64,000 nucleotides of DNA from a virus, in the IMG/VR virus record IMGVR_UViG_3300044712_000792, positions 20,697-84,696 of that record; one strand, written 5' to 3'. How positions within the stretch are numbered: the first letter of the stretch is position 1; each line of letters begins with the position of its first letter. A program made the translations under genes and the position numbers. Positions 29,161-40,500 of this stretch are shown here, one piece after another. The notes under the pieces are model-generated. The model saw only the letters and a program-made list of their open reading frames with translations. It was not told the origin of the DNA and made no database searches.

Positions 29161-32100
29161 GAAAACTTATTACCGAAGCGTCTCTTAAAGAATGGTATGC
29201 TAAATTTGGCGTTACTGCTGATGAAAAAGCTATTTATGATGATATAATAGCTAAACAACCATATATGCAAAAGTATATTGGCAGAATTGTAAAATGGCAT
29301 AAAGTTGATAGAGAAAAGCTAAAGGATATTATTGACAACCTAATCAAGTTTGATGAGAACATTAAGAATATTGCAGATAGAGATATATACTCAAAGAAAT
29401 ATGAGTTCCTAGATGCAGTAAAAGAAGTCATTGAGAACCTACCAAAATGGTTTGATAGGCTTAATATACCGAAAGAGTTTGAGAAGATATTGGCAAGACA
29501 CCCTAAAGATGCCTTTAAACTCACAGAAACAGCCGATTACTTCGTGTTCTATATAGGGTCATATGATGCCTCTACCGACCTTTGTTATTACCCAAGGCTT
29601 TATACTGACTATTTACTATCAATTCACACTCCTAGCACAAATAATGGTTGGTGTATAGGACAGCCTAATACTAGAGGCTTCTTTGACGGACAGAGGGGTT
29701 CAGATGGGTTATATTTCCTAGTTCAATATAAGACCACTTTCAAAAAAAGCTGTATCTATATTCTTCATTCTGATGGTAGTTTCCGTAGGCATAATGTCCA
29801 TAATTACCCTGGTAGTGGTTTTCCTGATGAACAAGAACCTGGTATAATGAAGATGGCATTTGACGACGAAAGGATAGTGAAAATATTTGCGGAACAAAAA
29901 AGGTATGCTTATCGTATGATTATAGATTTCATCTCTTGGAAAGTTATTGGTGGTATGGAAATCAAAAGTGATTTTGATGTATTACTAAATGTCCTAAATG
30001 ACAAATATCAACTTGGTTTGACGGATGAACAAAAAGCAAAATTAAAAGATTTTAATGCAACATTAAACTCTGGTGCGTGGACATCTTCTAGAAACATAAT
30101 CAATAGAATTTCGGCACATCCCAAGATAGAAAGATATTTCTTATGGATGTCTGCTGGTTATGGCGATTATACTTTAGACAAACCAGTAATGGCGTATTTT
30201 GAAATGATTTATAAGTGTAAAAACCTTACTAATGATATGAAACAGCAACTTACTAATAGACCTGCTGGACACATTAAATTAAACCAAGATATTACCTATG
30301 ATGACCTTATAGCTAGCCCAGAAACTCAAATACCTGTAGATAACTTAAAAGACTTTTACAGTTTTGTTCTACCATATATAGACAAGAGTGATAAAACTAA
30401 TCTACCTAAAGCGGTTTTACTTTATAATAAACTTATTGGGGAGGGTAGAAGGGATAAATTTATTGATGATAGTGGTCGTTTTATGGTTAGAGGACTTAAT
30501 GTTGACTTGTTAATTTCTTTATTTGAAGCTGTTCTAGAAAATCCAAGGATACTTTTTAAGACTTGGGCTAAAGAAACAACCCCAAACAATGACTATGAAA
30601 ACATTATACTTGAGATTATAAGAAAAGATTTGTTTAGAGGAAAGCCTTTAACCCCAGAAGTTATTAAAGCACTTGATATTTCAATGATTGATTCTATGAA
30701 AGAGAAACTAGGAACAGTATTTTCAAGTACAAGTATGATTAATGACGCCTTATATTTCTTTTGTTTATTCCCACAAACTTCAGATAATTATAAGATATTT
30801 TCTCATATAGCAAGAAATTACCATGATGTTCCTTATGAGGATATGAGAGATTTGTTGAATGTTTTGACACCACAACAAATAAAAGAATTCAATTATTGTT
30901 TAGACCCAGACCATTTTGGATATACTTACGATAAAGATATGATGAGAAGGATATATGTTATCTTTGGTGCTGAACAAAAAGAGTTCCCCACAGATGTAAC
31001 AAGGCGTTTGATGCAAGCAGGTTTAACTAAAAGTAATGGGAGTTGTTTTGCAATTGCTTGTAAAGAAATATTAGGAATGACCACCACAGCCTCATCAGTT
31101 TTAAATACAACATTAAACAATAGTCCTATGGAATATATAACAGTTAATACATATAAAAGGGCTAAAGTTGTTGCAGAAAAGATTGTTGGTTCTTTGAGTT
31201 TAATCCCCGGCACTATTTCCTTTAGGTTTAGTAGTAACTGTAGCTTCTTTAATATTGACAATGTGTTAGCATTAAAAGAGCAAGAATTGGCTAATGCTAT
31301 AATCTATTCTAGCGGTATTCCAGGGGAATCAGTTTATTTAATGCCGTTCTTGAGAGAGTTTTCACCTGAATTTATTGCTACACTAATAGATTTACAAAAT
31401 AATAGTTTGGATATAGAAGACTATTATGTTGCTCTAGAGGTCTTCTTGAACTTAAAAAAGATACTAGTTGAAGAAGAAAAAATATTAAAATTTTTAGGGA
31501 CAATAAATAGACTTGATAGTTCCTTATTGCTAGCAAGTACTGTTGAAGAATTAGAACAAGCAAAATTGTTTGTTGGTATTGCTATGTCTTTCCCAGATGT
31601 AGAGACAAAGAAAACATTATTGAAGGCTATTGCTGGTGCTGAAAAAGAATTGTTATTTGCCTTTAAGGTTCACAGTCTAATACTAACGAAAGAAGTTATT
31701 GACCTGTTCTTAAGCAAAAAAGAGGAGTTAATAAAAGCATATAACAATAACTTCATTTTCAATTGTGAGTATAGTGGAGATAAAGCTAAACAGAAAATAT
31801 CCCGTTTTTTTATGCCTATGATTAATACATATTTACACAATTTTTGGACAAACTACTATAATCCAGAATACATAAATGCATTAAATAACTTTGATTTTGA
31901 AAAAACATATCCTATTTTGATGAGTATATGTGGTGGTTCAATAAGGAATTCTTCTTGCCCTCTAATTAGTGCTTTTGTCCCTGGCACTGGAACTTTAGTC
32001 GGAACACTAGAAAAAAACCTTAAAAAATATGAAGAATTTGTATTAACACAAGCAGAGAAATTGAATGTATTAATTAAAAACTCAAAATTCAGCGGTATAT

Positions 32101-33284
32101 TACTTACTTCTGGTGATAGGAATACTTATAGAGTGATAAAATATGCGGATTGGATTATAACATATTCTGATACTACAGTAATTAATACTGTGTTATATTA
32201 CATTATGTATAGTACACAAAGTTCTATAGATGACACCATTAATTTGCTTGCAACGGCTGGAATTAAGCATCAAGGCTATGCCGTACATCACACCATCCGA
32301 CCATATCTTGATAATATAGAACTCATTAAAGGTCTTGATAGCTTCTTACCAGAGATATTCAAAGAATTTAGTTTCTCATATGATTCAGACACAGAAAAAA
32401 GTTCAATGTTTGCACAATTATTACGAACAAAAACAGCACCAGAAATTATAGAAATTATCAAAGAAAAGGGTGCTGTTGAAAAGGCTGTAAGAGAATCAGC
32501 ACAAAAAAGCTATAACGAAGCCATTAAGGAAACATTAAAGGGTAATGTGATATTTAAGGAAACAAATGAGAATCTGTATGTTTATAGGTTGGCTACTTCA
32601 AACAATTTGATATTTAAAAAGCATGCTGGTAGCTTGCCAGATATTTCACAAGAATATTTTTCATTTATGATTGTAAACAAGGAAAACGAGATTGAGAATT
32701 GTCATTATCAAATGGGTTCAGATTTAAGACTTAAGCAAACATCTAACACAGCTTGTTCTGTTTCTGGGGATTTGAAAACATCTTTTATAGAATGGGCACA
32801 AACACCAGAAGGTTTTAGTATAGTGTTAGCAACCCCAATAAGAAGCGATGTGTTTATGGCTGTGTATGGCAATAACAATGAACTAGTTATGGAAAAAATG
32901 CTAGCTTTAGAACTCTATGTTTCTGTTAGCTTTGATGATTGTATGTCAATATTCCAGTTGATAAGAGGACAAAAAGTGGTGGATGATGAATTGATGAATT
33001 ACCTTATGGAGAAGGCTGATGTTAAACAGACATATAGAAAGGCTACTGATGGATTGCCTAACAAAGCATTTTATGTTGATTGTGCTGTGATTTGTTGTAT
33101 AGCTAGGAACGACGCTAGTACTAATATTGATGATGTTAAAACGGCATTATCACCAAGAACTGATTTTGATGCAATAGCAATGAAGGTATTTGATGTGCCA
33201 GAAATAACAAATGCTGTCATAGATGGATTACACCTTGACGATGACCACAAGGCTATGTTAAGAAAAATGAGAGCTAACTTTTAG
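29154..33284 (+). CDS. large helical protein, tandem paralog 3 (more diverged)
   Basis: 1376 aa; LITEA leader, MQKY, YIGS..AS, WCIG, IKH.GYA. Confidence 0.6.
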   Translation: MVRKLITEASLKEWYAKFGVTADEKAIYDDIIAKQPYMQKYIGRIVKWHKVDREKLKDIIDNLIKFDENIKNIADRDIYSKKYEFLDAVKEVIENLPKWFDRLNIPKEFEKILARHPKDAFKLTETADYFVFYIGSYDASTDLCYYPRLYTDYLLSIHTPSTNNGWCIGQPNTRGFFDGQRGSDGLYFLVQYKTTFKKSCIYILHSDGSFRRHNVHNYPGSGFPDEQEPGIMKMAFDDERIVKIFAEQKRYAYRMIIDFISWKVIGGMEIKSDFDVLLNVLNDKYQLGLTDEQKAKLKDFNATLNSGAWTSSRNIINRISAHPKIERYFLWMSAGYGDYTLDKPVMAYFEMIYKCKNLTNDMKQQLTNRPAGHIKLNQDITYDDLIASPETQIPVDNLKDFYSFVLPYIDKSDKTNLPKAVLLYNKLIGEGRRDKFIDDSGRFMVRGLNVDLLISLFEAVLENPRILFKTWAKETTPNNDYENIILEIIRKDLFRGKPLTPEVIKALDISMIDSMKEKLGTVFSSTSMINDALYFFCLFPQTSDNYKIFSHIARNYHDVPYEDMRDLLNVLTPQQIKEFNYCLDPDHFGYTYDKDMMRRIYVIFGAEQKEFPTDVTRRLMQAGLTKSNGSCFAIACKEILGMTTTASSVLNTTLNNSPMEYITVNTYKRAKVVAEKIVGSLSLIPGTISFRFSSNCSFFNIDNVLALKEQELANAIIYSSGIPGESVYLMPFLREFSPEFIATLIDLQNNSLDIEDYYVALEVFLNLKKILVEEEKILKFLGTINRLDSSLLLASTVEELEQAKLFVGIAMSFPDVETKKTLLKAIAGAEKELLFAFKVHSLILTKEVIDLFLSKKEELIKAYNNNFIFNCEYSGDKAKQKISRFFMPMINTYLHNFWTNYYNPEYINALNNFDFEKTYPILMSICGGSIRNSSCPLISAFVPGTGTLVGTLEKNLKKYEEFVLTQAEKLNVLIKNSKFSGILLTSGDRNTYRVIKYADWIITYSDTTVINTVLYYIMYSTQSSIDDTINLLATAGIKHQGYAVHHTIRPYLDNIELIKGLDSFLPEIFKEFSFSYDSDTEKSSMFAQLLRTKTAPEIIEIIKEKGAVEKAVRESAQKSYNEAIKETLKGNVIFKETNENLYVYRLATSNNLIFKKHAGSLPDISQEYFSFMIVNKENEIENCHYQMGSDLRLKQTSNTACSVSGDLKTSFIEWAQTPEGFSIVLATPIRSDVFMAVYGNNNELVMEKMLALELYVSVSFDDCMSIFQLIRGQKVVDDELMNYLMEKADVKQTYRKATDGLPNKAFYVDCAVICCIARNDASTNIDDVKTALSPRTDFDAIAMKVFDVPEITNAVIDGLHLDDDHKAMLRKMRANF

Positions 33285-35679
33285 ACTGTTTTTCAAAATC
33301 GGCTGTGCTATTGATATTTAGCTTCTTTATGGAGAAGTTCTTAACATTAACAGCAAAGTTCTTATCACCTGTTCTATACCATTTGCGATTTGAAGCTATC
33401 TTTTCTTTGACTGTTTCAAGTGTAATCTCTTCCCCTGCTGAAGCCATTTCTAATACTTGGCTTCTAACCATATCACCGCCAAATTTAGTGGCTAACAAAG
33501 CTACATCTTTCCTAGCTTGCACATCTTCTATGTCATCCATTTTAGAGAAATTTTCGCAGTAATTGGTTAGGATTTCTTTTGTTGTTTGTGTCTGTGAATT
33601 GTAGTATTGTTGTATGGAATTCTGTGAGGTATTAGCCCCTAGATTTTGTGGGTTATCATAAGACTTACCACCAGCATTAGTCTGTATTGTATTTGAAATA
33701 TTTGCTAGTTCCTCATTAGAGAATAGACCTAGAACACCACTATAAATACTACTTAATTCGCTTATAATACCACCAATCAAATTTCCAAAAATGGCGGCGA
33801 TACCCAAAGCACCCAATAACCATTCAAGGTAATTAGTTATCTTTAAGAAGGTTAAAGCTTGCTTTCTAGGAATAATGTCAACACTTATGGAAGATGGTGT
33901 TTCAACTAAACCCGTGGTTGAATTAAACTTAATACCACTTGAACTTGTTTGCAGTTCTGGTCCTACACATCCATCATCAGGACCTAAATTGGCAATTTTT
34001 AAAACCTTTAATTGATGTGTCCACATACCTTCATTCAATGTTTCTGATATACCATTAATCATATATATCCCTCTTATCCAAGGCAATAACGCTGGTGAGT
34101 ATTCATCAAAATCAATAGCGATAACTGTTCCTATCATAGTGCATAAGTCGGGGTCTCCAAGAACTTCTAAATTTCCACCAATACCTAACATAGCTACACT
34201 ATCTACGGACTTAACAGAATCCGCCTGCGCTTCATTAGTAGTGTCTTCTGGATTTGCTGGTGAATCTGTTTTAGGTAATGGTTTACAAGCAGCACCACCT
34301 TCTCCAGCAATTTGTTGCGTTCCTGTTGTTGTAGAATTTTCTTTCGGTAAATCTGTTTCTGGTATCTTTTGTTTTGGTATATTTTGAGGGCCGCCTCTAG
34401 CCACATATAGTCCGAACACATTATTAGAATCTAAATCAAATCTAATTACTGTAGCGTGTGGACTTCTTATTGGAGTGGCATATATGAAGTATTTTATTAC
34501 TTCTTGCTTACCTGGGATAGTATCAGAACTTATAGCAGTTTCTTCAGGGGCAACTGTAATAGCACAAAAAGTTGAATTCTTGGGAACACGAAAACTTTTT
34601 TTATCCTCTTCACCGATTCGTATTTTAAAAGCATCTGTGTCCGCAATGGTTGTCATCTGTACCCAACTCTCCCCATCAAAAACAAGATAATCAGTAGGGC
34701 TACCAGTCATACGACTACCAACAGTCATTTCTTTGAATTCATATTTTACCTTTTCTTCTGTTGGATAATCTGTTTTTACTTTGTCACAAATCCAAGACTT
34801 AAATGGTGCTGTTCCGGGGTTCCAGTCAGCAAAACTTTTAGCTTTGCCTTTCCAAACAGTAGTATCTCCGTTATAGGCAGATTGTGGCAAAAATGTCTCA
34901 TTTGTATTATCTGTAATTAAATAATACTTCCCACTTTTTCCAAATATATCATTACCAGCTTTATGTTGCATTTTCCAAGCTTCTATTAATGCTTGAGGGA
35001 ATGTTATATCTCCACTAGCACTATCAGTTCCAGATTGGTTTTGTGAATCTGGCGGTGCTAATTGCCAACAACTTATTGTTGTGTTCATTTTAGTAGAAAC
35101 TGAATCTACAAAAGTAAAGGTATAAGTAGCACCAAAATATTCAACATCTACTGTTAAATCAAACAAAGTCAAATCATCGCCTAAAGGTGCCCCGTAAGTA
35201 TCTAGATAAGTTGGGTCACTACTTTGCCAACCATAAACCATACTCATCATCACGCTAGCTTTATCACCATTTTTTAAAGCGTTCATATAGACATTCATTA
35301 AAGAACAATCTAGTAATCTACCTTGAGGGTCATAAATAATAAGTTTAACGGTATTTCCACCTTCCGATACATTCCTCTCAATATTGACTTGTCTTAAAAA
35401 GTTTCTTGTTTGTTTTCCATCATCTGTAACAAACATTCTATAAATGGCATCATCATACAAAACACTAGACTGTTCTTCACCTTCTTCAACTAAAATATCC
35501 CCAGAAGGGTTTGGGTACAATCTGATATATCCTATTTTATTATCATATTTATCAATCCATTTAAGTATTATGCGAATATCAGTTGTTATTACAGGGATAA
35601 AAGTATCAGAAGAAACTCTAGTAGCTTCTACTAAAGCTTCATTGTAAAGGGGGTAGCCGAAAGAGAATTGGGTTGCCAT
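33274..35679 (-). CDS. baseplate hub protein (gpD/gp27-like) with C-terminal extension
   Basis: YGW, LEVLGDP.L, GIYMI.GI...L..G.W...L; follows the gp5-like gene. Confidence 0.6.
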   Translation of the reverse strand: MATQFSFGYPLYNEALVEATRVSSDTFIPVITTDIRIILKWIDKYDNKIGYIRLYPNPSGDILVEEGEEQSSVLYDDAIYRMFVTDDGKQTRNFLRQVNIERNVSEGGNTVKLIIYDPQGRLLDCSLMNVYMNALKNGDKASVMMSMVYGWQSSDPTYLDTYGAPLGDDLTLFDLTVDVEYFGATYTFTFVDSVSTKMNTTISCWQLAPPDSQNQSGTDSASGDITFPQALIEAWKMQHKAGNDIFGKSGKYYLITDNTNETFLPQSAYNGDTTVWKGKAKSFADWNPGTAPFKSWICDKVKTDYPTEEKVKYEFKEMTVGSRMTGSPTDYLVFDGESWVQMTTIADTDAFKIRIGEEDKKSFRVPKNSTFCAITVAPEETAISSDTIPGKQEVIKYFIYATPIRSPHATVIRFDLDSNNVFGLYVARGGPQNIPKQKIPETDLPKENSTTTGTQQIAGEGGAACKPLPKTDSPANPEDTTNEAQADSVKSVDSVAMLGIGGNLEVLGDPDLCTMIGTVIAIDFDEYSPALLPWIRGIYMINGISETLNEGMWTHQLKVLKIANLGPDDGCVGPELQTSSSGIKFNSTTGLVETPSSISVDIIPRKQALTFLKITNYLEWLLGALGIAAIFGNLIGGIISELSSIYSGVLGLFSNEELANISNTIQTNAGGKSYDNPQNLGANTSQNSIQQYYNSQTQTTKEILTNYCENFSKMDDIEDVQARKDVALLATKFGGDMVRSQVLEMASAGEEITLETVKEKIASNRKWYRTGDKNFAVNVKNFSIKKLNINSTADFEKQSKS

Positions 35680-36632
35680 TATATTATACTCAAACTTCCT
35701 GTAAGTGTAGCCATACCAGTAATTTTAATGGTTGGGGCAGTTATGGTTAATAGAGGGGTTGTCATTGTTATTGAAGTGGTGGCGGTGTCAGTAATTGTAG
35801 TGCCTTCAATAGAGGTCATACAAGATTCATTTCCTACCATAGTTTGAACCATACCTTGAACTGTTGAATTTTGAGTTCCTGTGATAGAACAATCTTGCGT
35901 GGCTATGGCAGTAATATCTTCTTTAGCTGTCATAAATATGTTCTTTGCCATTAATGTTAAAGTCTCTTTACACATAATAGTAATATTGTCATTTTCGGCA
36001 TCCATAAGGATTGTATTACCATGTTTATCAAGTGCTTGGATTCTACAACCCTTTTGCCCTTCGTAAATAGTGATTTCATTGCCTTTAGCACCACAACAAG
36101 TAATAAGTTCTTCGTCTTTCTGGTCAGAGATTATAACCTTACGATTACCTGGGGTTCTTAACTCTATTTGATAATGGTCTTTTTCTTCTCTGCATTGTAT
36201 TATATGACCGTTTGGAGTCTGCCAACCCCAAGCATTAGGAACTACACCATCTCCTTCATATCTGTCATAAGCCTCAATAGATTTAGTATCTTGCTGATAC
36301 CACCCACCAATTATTACAGCATTGTCATTGGCATTTACCGAAGGTTCAAATAAAACGAATACTTTTGCACCAGTAGGATAAGGTAGGTAAGAACCATACT
36401 TTTTACCGCTCTCCTGACCTCCACCAAAGGCATTCATTGTCCAAGCCCATACCGATTGCTTGTCTGGAGCTATAGATGGCGTTAAACCCTCAATAAGCAC
36501 CTTAACACGCCCAAACTTGTCTGGGTCTACATTGTCAACTATTACACCACGATACAGAACTCCTCTTTTGGGGAATTCAGCATCTTGGTTAATCCATTTA
36601 AAATATTTTGCTTGTAATGCATCAACAGGCAT
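35679..36632 (-). CDS. baseplate spike protein (gp5/gpV/VgrG OB-fold plus beta-helix)
   Basis: YRGVIVDNVDPDKFGRVKV, VWAW, P..G..VFVLFE, IIGG, Thr-rich beta repeats. Confidence 0.88.
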   Translation of the reverse strand: MPVDALQAKYFKWINQDAEFPKRGVLYRGVIVDNVDPDKFGRVKVLIEGLTPSIAPDKQSVWAWTMNAFGGGQESGKKYGSYLPYPTGAKVFVLFEPSVNANDNAVIIGGWYQQDTKSIEAYDRYEGDGVVPNAWGWQTPNGHIIQCREEKDHYQIELRTPGNRKVIISDQKDEELITCCGAKGNEITIYEGQKGCRIQALDKHGNTILMDAENDNITIMCKETLTLMAKNIFMTAKEDITAIATQDCSITGTQNSTVQGMVQTMVGNESCMTSIEGTTITDTATTSITMTTPLLTITAPTIKITGMATLTGSLSII

Positions 36633-36653
36633 TATTTATCCTTTCAAATTATA

Positions 36654-37121
36654 TTACTTTGCCCCTAATTCAAGTAATTTTGCCTTAATTTTTTCAAGAG
36701 GTGCTATATCACTATGTTGAGTATTTTTGATGTTATTCAATACTCTATTTACTCGCCCTAAAATAGTCTCAAACGATTCTTTTGATATATGGTTTATGTT
36801 TATATTTATGTTATGTTCTTTTGCCATATTTAACAAAGTAAGAGTATTCTTATGTTTGTTCCAAGATACAGATAAATATAAAACACTATTACCAGCTTTA
36901 GTTACATAAGCCAAGTTGGTCTTTAAAGTATCTGCGTTTCTTATAAGGATATCTGCCATTTTATCCTGAATACCAGGTTGGTAACTCATACATACTAGGA
37001 GTGGGGGATAATCATTGACCGTTCGTTTGTAGTTTACATTAACCCCTTCTTCAATACAGCAAATAAATTCGTAGAAATTACCATCGTTAATTGCTTTTAG
37101 AAATCTCTCTTCTAGTTTCAT
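36654..37121 (-). CDS. ankyrin-repeat protein (member 3)
   Basis: EEGVNVN, GNSVLYLS, ends KLLELGAK. Confidence 0.8.
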   Translation of the reverse strand: MKLEERFLKAINDGNFYEFICCIEEGVNVNYKRTVNDYPPLLVCMSYQPGIQDKMADILIRNADTLKTNLAYVTKAGNSVLYLSVSWNKHKNTLTLLNMAKEHNINININHISKESFETILGRVNRVLNNIKNTQHSDIAPLEKIKAKLLELGAK

Positions 37122-37594
37122 TTTTTCAACTCTTTTTTTCTTTTAGCACCGAGTTCTACCAATTTCTCCCTAACTTGTTCAATATCATGTTCTCTCCACC
37201 CTGCTGGTAAATCGTGATACATAATATCTAAAGGAGTTGCATTCACATCATTGCTTACATTATTAACATTTAATCCTATTCTTTTAGCGTTATTTAACAA
37301 GTACAAAGTGAATTCCAAGTTAGCTTTGTACAACGACCAACTTAATACGGTATTGCCTCCAAGAGTTCTTTGGTTGACAGCTAACTTTAATTTGTCAGCA
37401 CTATCTATCAATAACATAGCAAATTTGGTTCTGTATCTGTCTATACAAGAAACAAGTATTGGCTGGCCAAACTGTAAACCATATTCATTAACATTTATAC
37501 CACTTTCAACACACATAATAAACTTATATATGTTATTATTAATAATGGCTTCGTGTAAATCGTATAAGTTATACTTATACTCCTTTATTTTCAC
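37118..37594 (-). CDS. ankyrin-repeat protein (member 4)
   Basis: ESGINVN, GNTVLSWS, ATPLD, KLVELGAK. Confidence 0.82.
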   Translation of the reverse strand: MKIKEYKYNLYDLHEAIINNNIYKFIMCVESGINVNEYGLQFGQPILVSCIDRYRTKFAMLLIDSADKLKLAVNQRTLGGNTVLSWSLYKANLEFTLYLLNNAKRIGLNVNNVSNDVNATPLDIMYHDLPAGWREHDIEQVREKLVELGAKRKKELKK

Positions 37595-40500
37595 TTATAT
37601 CTCCAACACAAATACTTGTTGCATAACTTGATATTCTCCTTGGTATTTCGGGAATAAGACCACCTTTATTATGTTCTCTCCTGCTATTAAATAAGAGATA
37701 AGGTCTATTGTGGTGGACATACTAGTATGTAGCTTACTCAATGAACCAAATGTACCACTAGCAAATAGGTCTACATCATTAACAAAAACTGAAATATTCT
37801 TGAAAATACCTTGTTCTATTGAGTTCACATATAGAACTTCTCCTAATATAGAGAATACACCAAGACATTGTTTCGGTTCATTAATTGTAACAGGAATCCT
37901 AGTCAATCCTCCAAGTTTTCCATACCACTTTCTATTATAGAAGCCGTCCTTATCTACAAACAAGCAATCTCCTTCTGCTGGAACTTTTAAGTAAATGCTT
38001 CCAGAGAAAGAAGTTGTGCCGTAGTTCTTTTGTAGATTTACCATATTCAAATATGAGTTCTTAATCATAGTATATGAATCGGAAGTATCTACAAAATATC
38101 CATTCTTCCATTTGTTCATACCCCAATAATCTTCAATATCGCAATAATAGACAGCAGACTGATTGCTTCTAAATGACAATACGCCATCATAGACATTGTT
38201 AAATTCTATTGTAGTATTTGGTTCAACATCAATATATGAACCTGAAATTTCTATTACAGACCCATTATACATATTTGCAGATGAAAGAACAACACTATCC
38301 TTAAGTATCTCACCAGTTACGATATAACTAGATGTATCTACTGTAGCTGTTATTACAAATGTTTGGGTTGTTCCAATACTGGTGATAGTTTTCGTAAGAG
38401 CTAAAGGTGTTATAGTTGTAGGGCTAGGACTTATTGTATCATAGCCTGCGGTTGCTGTTCCAGTTCCAGATATTCTAATTAAATTACCAGAAACACTAGG
38501 AATTCCAACTACTGTGAAAAATGCTACTGTTCCACTTAATGTAGTCGTAAGAGTTCCTGTTGCGGCTGTTGTTCCTATTGTGTAAGTATCCCCTGCTGTG
38601 GCTTCCATAGTCCCTGTTGTCGTTATAACATAGCTACTTGTTGTTGCTGGATATGTGAACTTATAGCCATTCTTAACAGCCTTAAAAGTATAAGCCCCAG
38701 GATTTAATGTGAAATTGGCTAATCCGCTAGTATTTGTCCTAAAAACACCAACAACATCATCTGTATTATAATGTGATAACTCTGAAACCAAATCAACATT
38801 TTCTATTGGATTGGCACTAGCGTCAACAACAGAGATTACACCAGAAGCTGCACTAGTCAAAACATTAGCTGTTATAGTTACTCCTTTATCTGTATTTGTA
38901 TTGACTGTTATAGGTGCGGGCTGTGGAGTTCCATCTATGATAAAGCTATAATAATTCGTTTGTGTTGGGTAGACAAAACATTGTAAGGTATACACATTAG
39001 CATCTTCCACATCAATACTGAAATTACCCGTGGCTGTGGTAGTATCTATTTTAACATATCTATTAAAATCAACTGTGCCAGAATCATTGGTTTTGCTTAT
39101 GATATGGACATAGGCGTTTTTACCTATACCAAGACCATTAACAACACCAGATAGAGTTACTATGTTTGATGCTGAAGAAGGTGCTGTAAAGCTGTAAGTA
39201 GTATTAGCACCATTAACATATACATCCATAGAAACCGGATAAGCACTAACATCTGTTACGAGTTTGTATAGCCCGTTTTCTGCTGTAATAGTATATGTTC
39301 CATTTCTTGATGTTAAGCTAAAATTGTTTGCCTCATAAGTAGTAATACCTGTTGCTTGTGATGTATCGTAATAGCTTGATTTATAAGACTTTGTAACAGT
39401 ATAATCTACCGAACTTATTGTGGCACTTGAACCTTCCCAAAGACTATCACCCCAAGCATCATTATCTATTTCTGGTGCTACAAATAATACTGTCTTACCA
39501 TCACAAGGTTTATAATCCAAAATCCTATGTGTTGGTGAAAGTCTGTCTGATTGTGATAATTGGAAATAAGGTATGTAAGTAGTATCATAACTTGATGCTG
39601 CTGTTGAATGAACTCCTAGAATTCCTGTTTTAAAATCAACTTCAGTAACGGTAGAAGAATCTCCGGCGGCATTACAAGTTGCGGTTATAACCATAGTTTC
39701 GTTTTTAGGTATCATTGGAACTACTGTTGTTCCTGTTGACATAATCCTATAAAATTCAGCACCACTATTATTTGGAGTTCTGAAAAACATTACTTTATCC
39801 CAATCGGCATTTGCAGTTACAGTCAATGTAGCAGAGAAATTACTAGCAGCAGTAATAGTTGCTGATTGTATTAGTTCTGATATACCACCACTTGCATACA
39901 TAACCATATACCCAAATCTATAACTACCAGCCACTATGTTTCCACCAGTAGCAGTTGTAACTTGTAATGTAGCTGTGGGTTTTATTGGAACATAGAAATT
40001 GCTATCCAATGTTAAGTTTGAAATTGTGGTATCTAGAACATCTCCATATTTAGTAAATACTCCAATCATTGGCATATTGGGTGCTATAAACACATCTTTA
40101 GCCCAAGGATAGGTCAATGCCAAATTCTTTCCATATATCTTGTAGTCATTATAATCCAATTCAAGGACAATATCATCAAAATAGAATGGTCTAAAAGTTG
40201 CTATCGTTGCAGTTCCATCTATTGTTTCAGCAGTATTATATGTTAGTATAGTTTCAGTCCCAGAAGGTGTAGCACTTGTTAAATCAATTAATTGCTTTCT
40301 TGAATCTTGTAAATAATAATTTATTATGTCTATATCAAGTGGTTGGTCTATTGTAGCTTTGTTGTATGGGGTTGTGTCGTCTAAAGTTAATGTGACTGGT
40401 GTTGTTAAAGATACTTCATAATTCGCATTTACATTAGAGTCTGGTTCTGGTAAACATTCTATTAATTCACTTGTTTCGCTTCTCCACTTCTCCTTATAAT

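Noticed and set aside
20756-33284. Virion RNA polymerase subunits or tape measure protein
   Set aside because: No DxDGD or T7/N4-type polymerase motifs, no tape-measure periodicity or TM cluster recognised
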